Shown: in pieces, positions 12,661 to 27,189 of the stretch
Layout of the letters: every line of letters begins with the position of its first letter
Position numbering within the stretch: position 1 is the first letter of the stretch
Assembly (NCBI RefSeq): GCF_016026235.1
Contig: NZ_CP065613.1
Length of the DNA stretch: 64,000 nucleotides
Strand: one strand, 5' to 3'
From: Escherichia coli
GTDB taxonomy: Bacteria; Pseudomonadota; Gammaproteobacteria; Enterobacterales; Enterobacteriaceae
The notes under the pieces: model-generated
Database searches by the model: none
What the model was told of the DNA's origin: nothing
The model's input: only the letters and a program-made list of their open reading frames with translations
Made by a program: the position numbers and the translations under genes

Positions 12661-13632
12661 ATGAATTTAGAAAAAATCAATGAGTTAACCGCGCAAGATA
12701 TGGCGGGTGTTAATGCGGCAATCCTTGAGCAGCTTAATTCCGACGTCCAACTGATCAATCAGTTAGGCTATTACATCGTCAGCGGCGGCGGTAAACGTAT
12801 TCGTCCGATGATTGCTGTACTGGCTTCACGAGCTGTTGGCTATGAGGGAAATGCGCATGTCACCATTGCTGCCCTGATCGAGTTTATCCACACGGCGACT
12901 CTGCTACACGACGACGTTGTGGATGAATCAGATATGCGCAGGGGTAAAGCTACCGCCAACGCTGCATTTGGCAATGCCGCCAGCGTGCTGGTAGGCGATT
13001 TTATTTATACCCGCGCGTTCCAGATGATGACCAGCCTCGGTTCGCTCAAAGTGCTGGAAGTCATGTCAGAAGCCGTAAACGTCATCGCAGAAGGTGAAGT
13101 TCTGCAACTGATGAACGTTAACGATCCGGACATCACTGAAGAAAACTACATGCGCGTTATCTATAGCAAAACCGCGCGTCTGTTTGAGGCTGCCGCGCAG
13201 TGTTCCGGGATTCTGGCTGGCTGTACGCCGGAGGAGGAGAAAGGCCTGCAGGATTATGGGCGCTATCTCGGCACTGCTTTCCAGTTGATCGACGATTTAC
13301 TCGATTACAATGCCGATGACGAACAGTTAGGTAAAAATGTCGGCGACGATCTGAACGAAGGTAAACCGACGCTGCCGCTGCTGCACGCGATGCATCATGG
13401 CACACCAGAACAGGCACAGATGATCCGTACCGCCATCGAACAGGGTAACGGTCGCCATCTTCTGGAACCGGTTCTGGAAGCAATGAACGCTTGTGGATCT
13501 CTTGAATGGACGCGTCAGCGTGCCGAGGAAGAAGCAGACAAAGCCATCGCAGCGTTACAGGTGCTCCCGGACACCCCTTGGCGAGAAGCACTCATCGGCC
13601 TCGCGCACATCGCTGTTCAACGCGATCGTTAA
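12661..13632 (+). CDS. ispB: Octaprenyl diphosphate synthase
   Basis: ORF track 323 aa; polyprenyl synthase DDxxD motifs (LLHDDVVDESD and LIDDLLDY). Confidence 0.95.
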   Translation: MNLEKINELTAQDMAGVNAAILEQLNSDVQLINQLGYYIVSGGGKRIRPMIAVLASRAVGYEGNAHVTIAALIEFIHTATLLHDDVVDESDMRRGKATANAAFGNAASVLVGDFIYTRAFQMMTSLGSLKVLEVMSEAVNVIAEGEVLQLMNVNDPDITEENYMRVIYSKTARLFEAAAQCSGILAGCTPEEEKGLQDYGRYLGTAFQLIDDLLDYNADDEQLGKNVGDDLNEGKPTLPLLHAMHHGTPEQAQMIRTAIEQGNGRHLLEPVLEAMNACGSLEWTRQRAEEEADKAIAALQVLPDTPWREALIGLAHIAVQRDR

Positions 13633-13859
13633 TCCCCTCCCCTCATCCCGCGCAGCGCGCGGGATGGTTCCAGTAAATTCCATAAAAACACTTATTCAGC
13701 TCTATAACACCCGAAAAACAGGGCTGTGCATCTTTATATATTCTGAATATTCACACTCTTTACAGGAACTTTTTAGAGCAATAGGCCATCAGGAGTATAG
13801 TGATGCTCGACAGAAGAAGTGTTCTGAATGAAAGCGACTAACTTAAGGAGTGAGGAAAG

Positions 13860-14138
13860 ATGGAAAGTAATTTCATTGACTGGCATCCCGCTGACATCAT
13901 TGCGGGTTTGCGCAAGAAGGGAACGTCAATGGCGGCGGAGTCTCGCAGAAATGGTTTGAGTTCCTCAACGCTGGCGAATGCATTATCGCGCCCATGGCCG
14001 AAAGGAGAGATGATTATTGCGAAAGCCCTGGGAACTGACCCCTGGGTTATCTGGCCATCACGCTACCATGATCCGCAGACCCATGAGTTTATCGACAGAA
14101 CGCAGTTGATGCGTAGCTACACTAAACCGAAAAAATGA
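13860..14138 (+). CDS. sfsB: Ner-like DNA-binding transcriptional regulator SfsB (Nlp)
   Basis: ORF track 92 aa, MESNFIDWHPADIIAGLRKKGTSMAAESRRNGLSSSTLANAL... Confidence 0.9.
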   Translation: MESNFIDWHPADIIAGLRKKGTSMAAESRRNGLSSSTLANALSRPWPKGEMIIAKALGTDPWVIWPSRYHDPQTHEFIDRTQLMRSYTKPKK

Positions 14139-14185
14139 GTGGTCTGGCGGTAGCCCCGCGAACGGGGCTGCCAGCTCTCAGACGA

Positions 14186-15445
<1,260 letters not shown>

Positions 15446-15499
15446 TTAGTTTGTTCTCAGTTAACAATTCATATCCGCTACCGGCGAATCGCCCATAGC

Positions 15500-15754
15500 T
15501 CAAAAGCCGTTCAGTTTGCGATCGCGCGCCCACTCCGCAGGGGTATACGCTTTGATCGACACAGCATGAATGCGGTTATCCGCAATATATTCCATCAGCG
15601 GGCCATAGACCGTCTGCTGTTTTTTAACCCGACTCATGCCGTCAAACAACTCACCCACGGCAATAACCTGAAAGTGGCTGCCATCGCCGGAAACGTGGAC
15701 TTCCTGGAGGGAGAGAGCGTTCATCAACACGCTCTGAATTTCATTATTTTCCAT
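15500..15754 (-). CDS. ibaG: BolA-family acid-stress protein IbaG (YrbA)
   Basis: ORF track 15500..15769; trimmed to the ATG giving [34 protein letters not shown]..., 84 aa. Confidence 0.9.
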
Positions 15755-15873
15755 GGGATCTTCAATCATCAGTTAATAAACCAGCGAAACATCTTAGAGC
15801 AAAGTTGCGCTGGCATAAATAAGCAAAAAGCCTCGCTGATAAATCAGACAAGGCTCGACTTGCAGGCAGGTTT

Positions 15874-15904
15874 GCCGGACAGGCGGTTAACGCCATATCC
15901 GGCC
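15874..15904. repeat. REP-like (palindromic unit) element between mlaB and ibaG
   Basis: gccggacaggcggttaacgccatatccggcc resembles the REP consensus GCCGGATG..CGCCTTATCCGGC. Confidence 0.5.
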
Positions 15905-15913
15905 TGAAAAAAT

Positions 15914-16206
15914 TTAACGAGGCAGAACATCAGCAGGCAAATTATACAATTTCGCCAGGGTATACACTTTGTCGTTTACCCCCTGAAGCGTCACATTGTT
16001 GCCCTGCTTTTTCGCCAGATCGATAAGATGGAGCAGCAGTGCCAGTCCCCCCGTATCCACGCGGGACACACGGCTAAGATCGATGCAGGTAATCCCCTTC
16101 ACCGCTTCCTCACGCATTTCCCAAAGCGGTAGCAGAACGTCCTGATCCAACTCTCCGGATAACGCCAGCGTGTCACCCGTCTGCATCCAGCTCAGTGACT
16201 CGCTCA

Positions 16207-16207
<1 letters not shown>
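15914..16207 (-). CDS. mlaB: Phospholipid ABC transporter STAS-domain protein MlaB
   Basis: ORF track 15914..16303; trimmed to the ATG giving MSESLSWMQTGDTLALSGELDQDVLLPLWEMR..., 97 aa; its start overlaps the mlaC stop by 1 nt. Confidence 0.9.
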
Positions 16208-16860
<653 letters not shown>

Positions 16861-17412
16861 TTATTTCGTTGTACCCACAGGTTCAGTGGTTTCATTATTA
16901 CCTGGCGCAGCAGCTGGCGCATCGCCACTATTCTTATTGTCATCGCCTTTACTACCGTAAAGGAACTGACCAATGAGATCTTCCAGCACCATCGCAGACT
17001 TGGTGTCCTGAATTGTATCGCCATCCTTCAGGATAGCAGTCCCCAGTTCCGGGTCTTCAAAACCGACGTTTAATGCCAGATATTGTTCTCCCAGCAGGCC
17101 GGAAGTACGAATGCTCAGCGAACTGGTATCAGGAATGTGGTTATAACGTTGTTCAATTTCCAGCGTTACGCGTGGCAGATAGGTTTTCGGGTCCAGCGTA
17201 ATATCCGCCACCCGGCCCACAACAACGCCACCAATACTGACCGGAGAGCGCGCTTTCAGGCCGCCAATGTTATCGAACGTCGCATAAAGCGTGTAGGTCG
17301 GTTCAGTACGTATGGACGTCACGTTCGCCGCCTTCAGGCAAACAAACAGCGCCGCCAGTAGTGCTGCTAATAAAAAGATACCCACCCAAATTTCATTTTT
17401 TTTCGTTTGCAT
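16861..17412 (-). CDS. mlaD: MCE-domain phospholipid transport protein MlaD
   Basis: ORF track 16861..17427; trimmed to MQTKKNEIWVGIFLLAALLAALFV..., 183 aa. Confidence 0.93.
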   Translation of the reverse strand: MQTKKNEIWVGIFLLAALLAALFVCLKAANVTSIRTEPTYTLYATFDNIGGLKARSPVSIGGVVVGRVADITLDPKTYLPRVTLEIEQRYNHIPDTSSLSIRTSGLLGEQYLALNVGFEDPELGTAILKDGDTIQDTKSAMVLEDLIGQFLYGSKGDDNKNSGDAPAAAPGNNETTEPVGTTK

Positions 17413-17416
17413 GAAC

Positions 17417-19016
<1,600 letters not shown>

Positions 19017-19225
19017 AATTCACCCTTCGTCTTGCGTTGATTTTCTAAGCATGGCGCTCAATTTAACCTTGAACCCAACATATTTACAGAATATTACCCG
19101 CCGTGGTTAGCGAAAGCTGGCATTTGTTTTACTTTTTAGCCGCATAAAGTCAAAATTAAGAATCCGTTACGGCTTTCTGAAAATCTTCAGCGGACCGGCG
19201 AGTATACCTGAAGAAAGGACGTTAG

Positions 19226-20203
19226 ATGCTTTTAGCTACGGCACTGTTAATTGTTGGTTTACTTTTGATCGTTTACAGTGCCGACCGCCTGGTTTTTGCC
19301 GCGTCTATTCTTTGCCGAACCTTTGGCATCCCGCCGCTGATCATCGGCATGACGGTGGTCAGTATTGGTACATCGTTACCAGAAATCATCGTCTCGCTTG
19401 CCGCGTCTCTGCACGAACAACGCGATTTAGCCGTTGGTACAGCCCTCGGCTCAAACATTATCAATATATTGCTGATCCTCGGTCTGGCTGCGCTGGTTCG
19501 TCCTTTTACCGTCCATTCTGATGTTCTACGCCGTGAATTACCCTTAATGTTGTTGGTCAGCGTGGTGGCCGGTTCCGTACTCTATGACGGACAACTTAGT
19601 CGCAGCGATGGTATCTTTCTCCTCTTTCTGGCTGTGCTATGGCTGCTGTTCATTGTTAAACTTGCACGTCAGGCTGAACGTCAGGGGACTGACAGCCTGA
19701 CCAGAGAGCAGCTTGCAGAGCTGCCGCGTGACGGCGGATTGCCCGTCGCGTTTTTATGGCTCGGCATTGCGCTTATCATCATGCCAGTGGCCACCCGGAT
19801 GGTGGTTGATAACGCCACGGTGCTGGCGAATTACTTTGCCATCAGCGAGTTGACGATGGGTCTGACGGCAATTGCTATCGGAACCAGCCTGCCGGAACTG
19901 GCAACCGCAATAGCGGGGGTTCGCAAAGGTGAAAACGACATTGCTGTCGGAAATATCATTGGCGCAAACATTTTTAATATTGTCATCGTGTTGGGTTTAC
20001 CCGCGCTGATAACGCCAGGAGAGATTGATCCACTGGCGTACAGTCGTGACTACAGCGTGATGTTGCTGGTGAGCATTATTTTTGCGTTGCTGTGCTGGCG
20101 GCGCTCCCCACAACCGGGCCGTGGTGTAGGGGTATTATTAACTGGCGGATTTATCGTATGGCTGGCGATGTTGTACTGGTTATCGCCAATACTCGTTGAA
20201 TAA
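19226..20203 (+). CDS. yrbG: Putative cation/Ca2+ exchanger YrbG (CaCA family)
   Basis: ORF track 325 aa, two repeated GTSLPE alpha-repeat motifs. Confidence 0.9.
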   Translation: MLLATALLIVGLLLIVYSADRLVFAASILCRTFGIPPLIIGMTVVSIGTSLPEIIVSLAASLHEQRDLAVGTALGSNIINILLILGLAALVRPFTVHSDVLRRELPLMLLVSVVAGSVLYDGQLSRSDGIFLLFLAVLWLLFIVKLARQAERQGTDSLTREQLAELPRDGGLPVAFLWLGIALIIMPVATRMVVDNATVLANYFAISELTMGLTAIAIGTSLPELATAIAGVRKGENDIAVGNIIGANIFNIVIVLGLPALITPGEIDPLAYSRDYSVMLLVSIIFALLCWRRSPQPGRGVGVLLTGGFIVWLAMLYWLSPILVE

Positions 20204-20216
20204 CTGGAAACGCATT

Positions 20217-21203
20217 ATGTCGCACGTAGAGTTACAACCGGGTTTTGACTTTCAGCAAGCAGGTAAAGAAGTCCTGGCGATTGAACGTGAATGCCTGGCG
20301 GAGCTTGATCAATACATCAATCAGAATTTCACGCTTGCCTGTGAAAAGATGTTCTGGTGTAAAGGGAAAGTTGTCGTCATGGGGATGGGGAAATCGGGGC
20401 ACATCGGGCGCAAAATGGCCGCAACGTTTGCCAGCACCGGTACACCTTCATTTTTCGTCCATCCTGGTGAAGCCGCGCATGGTGATTTAGGCATGGTCAC
20501 CCCACAGGATGTGGTGATTGCTATCTCTAACTCAGGTGAATCCAGCGAAATCACTGCCTTAATTCCAGTGCTTAAGCGTCTTCACGTACCGTTAATCTGC
20601 ATCACCGGTCGCCCGGAGAGCAGCATGGCGCGCGCCGCAGATGTGCATCTGTGTGTTAAAGTAGCGAAAGAAGCCTGTCCGTTAGGGCTGGCACCGACCA
20701 GCAGCACCACCGCCACGCTGGTAATGGGCGATGCCCTCGCTGTCGCGCTGTTAAAAGCACGCAGCTTTACTGCTGAAGATTTTGCGCTCTCACACCCAGG
20801 CGGCGCACTGGGTCGTAAACTTCTGCTGCGCGTAAACGATATTATGCATACGGGCGATGAGATCCCGCATGTTAAGAAAACGGCCAGTCTGCGTGACGCG
20901 TTACTGGAAGTTACCCGCAAAAATCTTGGTATGACTGTCATTTGCGATGACAATATGATGATTGAAGGCATCTTTACCGACGGTGATTTACGCCGTGTCT
21001 TCGATATGGGCGTGGATGTTCGTCAGTTAAGTATTGCCGATGTGATGACGCCGGGGGGAATACGCGTGCGCCCTGGCATTCTGGCCGTTGAGGCACTGAA
21101 CTTAATGCAGTCCCGCCATATCACCTCCGTGATGGTTGCCGATGGCGACCATTTACTCGGTGTGTTACATATGCATGATTTACTGCGTGCAGGCGTAGTG
21201 TAA
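20217..21203 (+). CDS. kdsD: D-arabinose 5-phosphate isomerase KdsD
   Basis: ORF track 20196..21203 starts at TTG; trimmed to the ATG giving MSHVELQPGFDFQQAGKEVLAIERE..., 328 aa; SIS plus CBS domains. Confidence 0.94.
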   Translation: MSHVELQPGFDFQQAGKEVLAIERECLAELDQYINQNFTLACEKMFWCKGKVVVMGMGKSGHIGRKMAATFASTGTPSFFVHPGEAAHGDLGMVTPQDVVIAISNSGESSEITALIPVLKRLHVPLICITGRPESSMARAADVHLCVKVAKEACPLGLAPTSSTTATLVMGDALAVALLKARSFTAEDFALSHPGGALGRKLLLRVNDIMHTGDEIPHVKKTASLRDALLEVTRKNLGMTVICDDNMMIEGIFTDGDLRRVFDMGVDVRQLSIADVMTPGGIRVRPGILAVEALNLMQSRHITSVMVADGDHLLGVLHMHDLLRAGVV

Positions 21204-21223
21204 AGATTCAAGGATAAACAACA

Positions 21224-21790
21224 ATGAGCAAAGCAGGTGCGTCGCTTGCGACCTGTTACGGCCCTGTCAGCGCCGACGTTATAGCAAAAGCAGAGAACAT
21301 TCGTCTGCTGATCCTCGATGTCGATGGCGTACTGTCAGATGGCCTGATTTATATGGGCAATAATGGCGAAGAGCTGAAAGCGTTCAATGTTCGTGACGGT
21401 TATGGCATTCGTTGTGCGCTCACCTCTGATATTGAAGTCGCTATCATTACTGGGCGAAAGGCTAAACTGGTAGAAGATCGTTGTGCCACATTGGGGATCA
21501 CTCACTTGTATCAGGGGCAGTCAAACAAACTGATCGCCTTTAGCGATCTGCTGGAAAAACTGGCGATTGCCCCGGAAAATGTGGCTTATGTCGGCGATGA
21601 TCTCATCGACTGGCCGGTAATGGAAAAAGTGGGTTTAAGCGTCGCCGTGGCCGATGCGCATCCACTGTTGATCCCGCGCGCCGATTACGTGACGCGCATT
21701 GCTGGCGGTCGTGGCGCAGTGCGCGAAGTTTGCGACTTATTACTCCTGGCGCGGGGCAAACTGGATGAAGCCAAAGGGCAATCGATATGA
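21224..21790 (+). CDS. kdsC: 3-deoxy-D-manno-octulosonate 8-phosphate phosphatase KdsC
   Basis: ORF track 188 aa, ...IRLLILDVDGVLSDGLIYMGNNGEELKAF..., HAD phosphatase. Confidence 0.95.
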   Translation: MSKAGASLATCYGPVSADVIAKAENIRLLILDVDGVLSDGLIYMGNNGEELKAFNVRDGYGIRCALTSDIEVAIITGRKAKLVEDRCATLGITHLYQGQSNKLIAFSDLLEKLAIAPENVAYVGDDLIDWPVMEKVGLSVAVADAHPLLIPRADYVTRIAGGRGAVREVCDLLLLARGKLDEAKGQSI

Positions 21791-22362
21791 GTAAAGCCAG
21801 ACGTTGGGTTATCATTGTGCTATCACTGGCGGTTCTGGTGATGATCGGCATTAATATGGCCGAAAAAGACGATACCGCCCAGGTGGTCGTCAACAACAAT
21901 GATCCCACCTATAAAAGCGAGCATACGGACACGCTCGTCTATAACCCAGAAGGGGCACTAAGCTATCGATTGATTGCTCAACACGTTGAATATTATTCCG
22001 ATCAGGCCGTTTCGTGGTTTACGCAGCCGGTACTTACCACGTTTGATAAGGATAAAATCCCGACATGGTCCGTAAAAGCAGATAAAGCCAAGCTGACCAA
22101 TGACCGGATGCTCTATTTATATGGACACGTTGAAGTCAACGCACTTGTGCCGGACTCTCAACTTCGCAGAATCACGACGGATAACGCGCAGATCAATCTG
22201 GTGACGCAGGATGTTACCTCTGAAGACCTCGTCACGTTATACGGAACAACATTTAACTCCAGCGGTCTGAAAATGCGCGGCAACTTACGCAGCAAGAACG
22301 CCGAGCTGATTGAAAAGGTTAGAACATCCTATGAAATTCAAAACAAACAAACTCAGCCTTAA
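21787..22362 (+). CDS. lptC: LPS export system protein LptC
   Basis: ORF track 191 aa, MSKARRWVIIVLSLAVLVMIGINMAEKDD...; ATGA overlap with the kdsC stop. Confidence 0.94.
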   Translation: MSKARRWVIIVLSLAVLVMIGINMAEKDDTAQVVVNNNDPTYKSEHTDTLVYNPEGALSYRLIAQHVEYYSDQAVSWFTQPVLTTFDKDKIPTWSVKADKAKLTNDRMLYLYGHVEVNALVPDSQLRRITTDNAQINLVTQDVTSEDLVTLYGTTFNSSGLKMRGNLRSKNAELIEKVRTSYEIQNKQTQP

Positions 22363-22888
22363 TCTTGTGCTTGCCAGCTCACTTCTGGCCGCCAGCATTC
22401 CGGCATTTGCCGTAACCGGAGACACTGATCAGCCGATCCACATTGAATCGGACCAGCAATCTCTTGATATGCAAGGCAACGTGGTTACCTTTACCGGTAA
22501 TGTCATCGTCACCCAGGGCACCATCAAAATTAATGCCGACAAAGTGGTCGTTACCCGTCCGGGTGGCGAACAAGGTAAAGAAGTGATTGACGGCTACGGT
22601 AAACCGGCAACGTTCTACCAGATGCAGGACAACGGTAAACCCGTTGAAGGTCACGCTTCCCAGATGCACTACGAACTGGCAAAAGATTTTGTCGTTCTGA
22701 CGGGTAATGCTTATCTGCAGCAGGTCGATAGCAACATTAAGGGCGATAAGATCACTTACCTGGTGAAAGAGCAGAAAATGCAGGCTTTCAGCGACAAAGG
22801 CAAGCGCGTAACCACCGTTCTGGTGCCGTCGCAGCTGCAGGACAAAAACAACAAAGGCCAGACCCCGGCACAGAAGAAGGGTAATTAA
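22331..22888 (+). CDS. lptA: LPS export periplasmic protein LptA
   Basis: ORF track 22310..22888; trimmed to the ATG giving MKFKTNKLSLNLVLASSLLAASIPAFA..., 185 aa; overlaps lptC by 32 nt. Confidence 0.94.
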   Translation: MKFKTNKLSLNLVLASSLLAASIPAFAVTGDTDQPIHIESDQQSLDMQGNVVTFTGNVIVTQGTIKINADKVVVTRPGGEQGKEVIDGYGKPATFYQMQDNGKPVEGHASQMHYELAKDFVVLTGNAYLQQVDSNIKGDKITYLVKEQKMQAFSDKGKRVTTVLVPSQLQDKNNKGQTPAQKKGN

Positions 22889-22894
22889 TTCGTT

Positions 22895-23620
22895 ATGGCA
22901 ACATTAACTGCAAAGAACCTTGCAAAAGCCTATAAAGGCCGTCGCGTGGTAGAAGACGTCAGCCTGACCGTCAACTCTGGGGAAATTGTCGGTCTGCTGG
23001 GGCCAAACGGTGCCGGTAAGACCACCACTTTCTATATGGTTGTTGGCATTGTGCCGCGCGATGCGGGCAACATCATTATTGATGATGACGATATCAGTCT
23101 GCTGCCTCTGCATGCACGCGCGCGCCGCGGTATCGGATATCTGCCGCAGGAAGCCTCCATTTTCCGTCGCCTCAGCGTTTACGATAACCTGATGGCGGTA
23201 CTGCAAATTCGTGACGACTTGTCTGCTGAACAACGTGAAGACCGCGCGAACGAGCTGATGGAAGAGTTTCACATTGAGCACCTGCGTGACAGCATGGGGC
23301 AGTCACTCTCCGGGGGTGAACGTCGCCGTGTAGAAATTGCCCGCGCACTGGCTGCGAATCCGAAATTTATTCTGCTCGACGAACCGTTTGCCGGGGTTGA
23401 CCCGATCTCGGTTATCGACATTAAACGCATCATTGAGCACCTGCGCGACAGCGGCCTGGGCGTGCTGATCACTGACCACAACGTGCGTGAAACACTGGCG
23501 GTTTGTGAACGCGCTTATATCGTCAGTCAGGGGCATTTGATCGCCCACGGCACGCCTACAGAAATCTTACAAGACGAACACGTTAAGCGTGTATACCTTG
23601 GGGAAGACTTCAGACTCTGA
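22895..23620 (+). CDS. lptB: LPS export ABC transporter ATPase LptB
   Basis: ORF track 241 aa; Walker [13 protein letters not shown] signature LSGGERRR, Walker B LLDEP. Confidence 0.96.
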
Positions 23621-23667
23621 TAGGGTAGAAGTTTGCGACGTTTTAGCAGGAGAGTACGATTCTGAAC

Positions 23668-25101
23668 ATGAAGCAAGGTTTGCAACTCAGGCTTAGCCAA
23701 CAACTGGCGATGACGCCACAGCTTCAACAGGCAATTCGTCTGTTGCAGTTGTCGACGCTGGAACTTCAGCAGGAGCTACAGCAGGCGCTGGAGAGTAATC
23801 CGCTGCTTGAGCAAATCGACACTCATGAAGAAATCGACACCCGCAAAACGCAAGACAGTGAAACGCTGGACACCGCCGACGCGCTCGAACAAAAAGAGAT
23901 GCCGGAAGAGCTGCCGCTCGATGCCAGTTGGGACACCATTTACACCGCTGGTACACCATCCGGCACCAGCGGTGACTACATTGACGACGAGCTACCGGTC
24001 TATCAGGGCGAAACGACGCAGACCTTGCAGGATTACCTGATGTGGCAGGTCGAGCTGACACCGTTTTCCGACACTGACCGCGCTATTGCTACCTCTATCG
24101 TCGATGCCGTTGATGACACCGGTTATCTGACTGTCCCGCTGGAAGATATTCTCGAAAGTATGGGCGATGAAGAGATCGACATCGACGAGGTTGAAGCCGT
24201 CCTTAAGCGGATCCAACGGTTTGATCCGGTCGGTGTGGCGGCAAAAGATCTGCGTGACTGCCTGCTGATCCAACTCTCCCAATTCGATAAAACCACGCCG
24301 TGGCTGGAAGAGGCCAGACTGATCATTAGCGATCATCTCGATCTGTTAGCCAATCACGACTTCCGCACTTTAATGCGCATCACGCGTCTGAAAGAAGATG
24401 TGCTGAAAGAAGCCGTCAATCTGATCCAGTCGCTCGATCCGCGCCCCGGGCAGTCGATCCAGACTGGCGAACCTGAGTATGTCATTCCAGATGTGCTGGT
24501 GCGTAAGCATAACGGTCACTGGACGGTAGAACTCAACAGTGACAGCATTCCGCGTCTGCAAATCAACCAGCACTACGCCTCGATGTGCAATAACGCGCGC
24601 AATGATGGTGACAGCCAGTTTATCCGCAGCAATCTGCAGGATGCCAAATGGTTGATCAAGAGTCTGGAAAGCCGTAACGATACGCTACTGCGCGTGAGTC
24701 GCTGTATCGTTGAACAGCAGCAAGCCTTCTTTGAGCAAGGCGAAGAATATATGAAACCGATGGTACTGGCCGATATCGCCCAGGCTGTCGAAATGCATGA
24801 ATCGACGATATCTCGCGTGACCACGCAAAAATACCTGCATAGTCCACGAGGCATTTTTGAACTGAAGTATTTCTTTTCCAGTCACGTCAATACCGAGGGC
24901 GGCGGCGAAGCTTCCTCCACGGCGATTCGTGCGCTGGTGAAGAAATTAATCGCGGCGGAAAACCCAGCGAAACCGTTGAGCGACAGCAAGTTAACCTCTT
25001 TGCTGTCGGAACAAGGTATCATGGTGGCACGCCGCACTGTTGCGAAGTACCGAGAGTCTTTATCCATTCCGCCGTCAAACCAGCGTAAACAGCTCGTTTG
25101 A
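23668..25101 (+). CDS. rpoN: RNA polymerase sigma-54 factor RpoN
   Basis: ORF track 477 aa, [48 protein letters not shown]... and C-terminal RpoN box [10 protein letters not shown]. Confidence 0.97.
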   Translation: MKQGLQLRLSQQLAMTPQLQQAIRLLQLSTLELQQELQQALESNPLLEQIDTHEEIDTRKTQDSETLDTADALEQKEMPEELPLDASWDTIYTAGTPSGTSGDYIDDELPVYQGETTQTLQDYLMWQVELTPFSDTDRAIATSIVDAVDDTGYLTVPLEDILESMGDEEIDIDEVEAVLKRIQRFDPVGVAAKDLRDCLLIQLSQFDKTTPWLEEARLIISDHLDLLANHDFRTLMRITRLKEDVLKEAVNLIQSLDPRPGQSIQTGEPEYVIPDVLVRKHNGHWTVELNSDSIPRLQINQHYASMCNNARNDGDSQFIRSNLQDAKWLIKSLESRNDTLLRVSRCIVEQQQAFFEQGEEYMKPMVLADIAQAVEMHESTISRVTTQKYLHSPRGIFELKYFFSSHVNTEGGGEASSTAIRALVKKLIAAENPAKPLSDSKLTSLLSEQGIMVARRTVAKYRESLSIPPSNQRKQLV

Positions 25102-25123
25102 CCCAACCGATAAGGAAGACACT

Positions 25124-25411
25124 ATGCAGCTCAACATTACCGGAAATAACGTCGAGATCACCGAGGCACTGCGCGAATTTGTTACAGCCAAATTTGCCAA
25201 ACTTGAGCAATATTTTGACCGAATCAACCAGGTCTATGTTGTTCTGAAAGTGGAGAAAGTCACCCACACCTCAGATGCAACACTGCATGTAAACGGTGGT
25301 GAAATTCATGCCAGCGCGGAAGGTCAGGACATGTACGCTGCCATTGATGGCTTAATTGATAAGCTGGCACGCCAGTTGACCAAACATAAAGATAAACTGA
25401 AACAACACTAA
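25124..25411 (+). CDS. hpf: Ribosome hibernation promoting factor Hpf
   Basis: ORF track 25040..25411; trimmed to the ATG giving MQLNITGNNVEITEALREFVTAKFAKLEQYF..., 95 aa. Confidence 0.94.
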   Translation: MQLNITGNNVEITEALREFVTAKFAKLEQYFDRINQVYVVLKVEKVTHTSDATLHVNGGEIHASAEGQDMYAAIDGLIDKLARQLTKHKDKLKQH

Positions 25412-25528
25412 TTGTCCGGGCAATTAGCATGTGCATGGCGGCCTGTTGTGCGGCACAACGGGCCATTTGTACGGTTAATGCTCCGAGCCTGTTCCACTGT
25501 TTGAGTGGGCAGGTTCTTAGGTGAAATT

Positions 25529-26020
25529 ATGACAAATAATGATACAACTCTACAGCTTAGCAGTGTTCTTAACAGGGAATGTACGCGAAGCCGCGTCCAC
25601 TGTCAGAGCAAAAAACGCGCCCTGGAAATCATCAGCGAGCTGGCGGCGAAACAACTTAGCCTGCCGCCTCAGGTGGTTTTTGAAGCTATCCTGACGCGGG
25701 AAAAAATGGGCAGTACCGGTATCGGCAATGGTATTGCCATTCCGCATGGCAAACTGGAAGAAGATACTCTGCGTGCCGTTGGCGTTTTCGTTCAGCTCGA
25801 AACGCCTATAGCTTTCGATGCCATCGACAACCAACCGGTGGACTTACTTTTTGCCCTGCTGGTGCCGGCAGACCAAACTAAAACGCACCTGCATACTCTG
25901 TCGCTGGTGGCGAAACGTCTGGCGGACAAAACCATCTGCCGCCGTTTACGCGCAGCCCAGAGCGATGAAGAGCTGTATCAAATCATTACGGATACCGAAG
26001 GTACTCCGGATGAAGCGTAG
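25529..26020 (+). CDS. ptsN: Nitrogen-related PTS enzyme IIA (PtsN)
   Basis: ORF track 25505..26020; trimmed to the ATG giving MTNNDTTLQLSSVLNRE..., 163 aa; conserved GNGIAIPHG phosphorylation site. Confidence 0.94.
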   Translation: MTNNDTTLQLSSVLNRECTRSRVHCQSKKRALEIISELAAKQLSLPPQVVFEAILTREKMGSTGIGNGIAIPHGKLEEDTLRAVGVFVQLETPIAFDAIDNQPVDLLFALLVPADQTKTHLHTLSLVAKRLADKTICRRLRAAQSDEELYQIITDTEGTPDEA

Positions 26021-26065
26021 TTATTCGGTAATGTCTCTTTTAGACGTTGTGAGGAGAAACAGTAC

Positions 26066-26920
26066 ATGGTACTGATGATCGTCAGCGGACGTTCAGGTTC
26101 AGGTAAATCTGTCGCCCTGCGTGCGCTGGAAGATATGGGTTTTTACTGCGTGGATAACCTTCCCGTAGTGTTGTTACCCGATCTGGCTCGAACCCTGGCC
26201 GATCGCGAGATTTCTGCCGCCGTCAGCATTGATGTTCGTAATATGCCGGAGTCACCAGAAATATTCGAACAGGCGATGAGTAACCTGCCTGACGCTTTCT
26301 CACCGCAACTCCTGTTCCTGGATGCCGACCGTAATACCTTAATTCGTCGTTACAGTGACACGCGCCGACTGCATCCGCTTTCCAGCAAAAACCTGTCGCT
26401 GGAAAGTGCTATCGACAAAGAAAGCGATCTGCTGGAGCCTCTGCGTTCGCGAGCGGATCTGATTGTCGATACCTCAGAAATGTCCGTTCACGAGCTGGCA
26501 GAAATGCTGCGTACCCGTCTGCTGGGTAAACGTGAACGCGAACTGACCATGGTCTTTGAGTCTTTCGGCTTCAAACACGGTATCCCTATCGATGCAGATT
26601 ACGTCTTTGACGTGCGCTTCTTGCCGAACCCGCACTGGGATCCGAAACTGCGTCCAATGACAGGTCTTGATAAGCCTGTCGCCGCGTTCCTCGACCGCCA
26701 CACAGAAGTACACAATTTTATCTACCAGACGCGAAGCTATCTTGAGCTATGGTTACCTATGCTGGAAACCAACAACCGTAGCTACCTGACGGTCGCCATT
26801 GGTTGTACCGGCGGGAAGCACCGTTCGGTGTATATTGCAGAGCAACTGGCTGACTACTTCCGCTCGCGCGGTAAAAACGTCCAGTCACGCCATCGTACGC
26901 TGGAAAAACGTAAACCATGA
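26066..26920 (+). CDS. rapZ: RNase adaptor protein RapZ (YhbJ)
   Basis: ORF track 284 aa, [33 protein letters not shown]..., Walker A. Confidence 0.95.
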
Positions 26921-27189
26921 CCGTCAAGCAAACTGTTGAAATCACAAACAAGCTGGGCATGCATGCCCGGCCTGCAATGAAGCTGTTTGAATTAATGCAG
27001 GGTTTTGACGCTGAAGTGCTGTTACGTAATGACGAAGGCACCGAGGCTGAAGCCAACAGCGTTATTGCGCTGCTGATGTTGGATTCTGCCAAAGGGCGGC
27101 AGATTGAAGTTGAAGCGACCGGTCCACAGGAAGAGGAAGCACTGGCCGCCGTTATCGCCCTCTTTAATTCTGGTTTTGATGAAGATTAA
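26917..27189 (+). CDS. npr: Nitrogen-related phosphocarrier protein NPr (PtsO)
   Basis: ORF track 90 aa, [26 protein letters not shown]..., HPr-like; ATGA overlap with rapZ. Confidence 0.94.

Noticed and set aside
14150-14170. Hairpin tagccccgcgaacggggctg between sfsB and murA as a terminator
   Set aside because: GC stem present but no adjacent U-run on either strand; too weak to call as an intrinsic terminator
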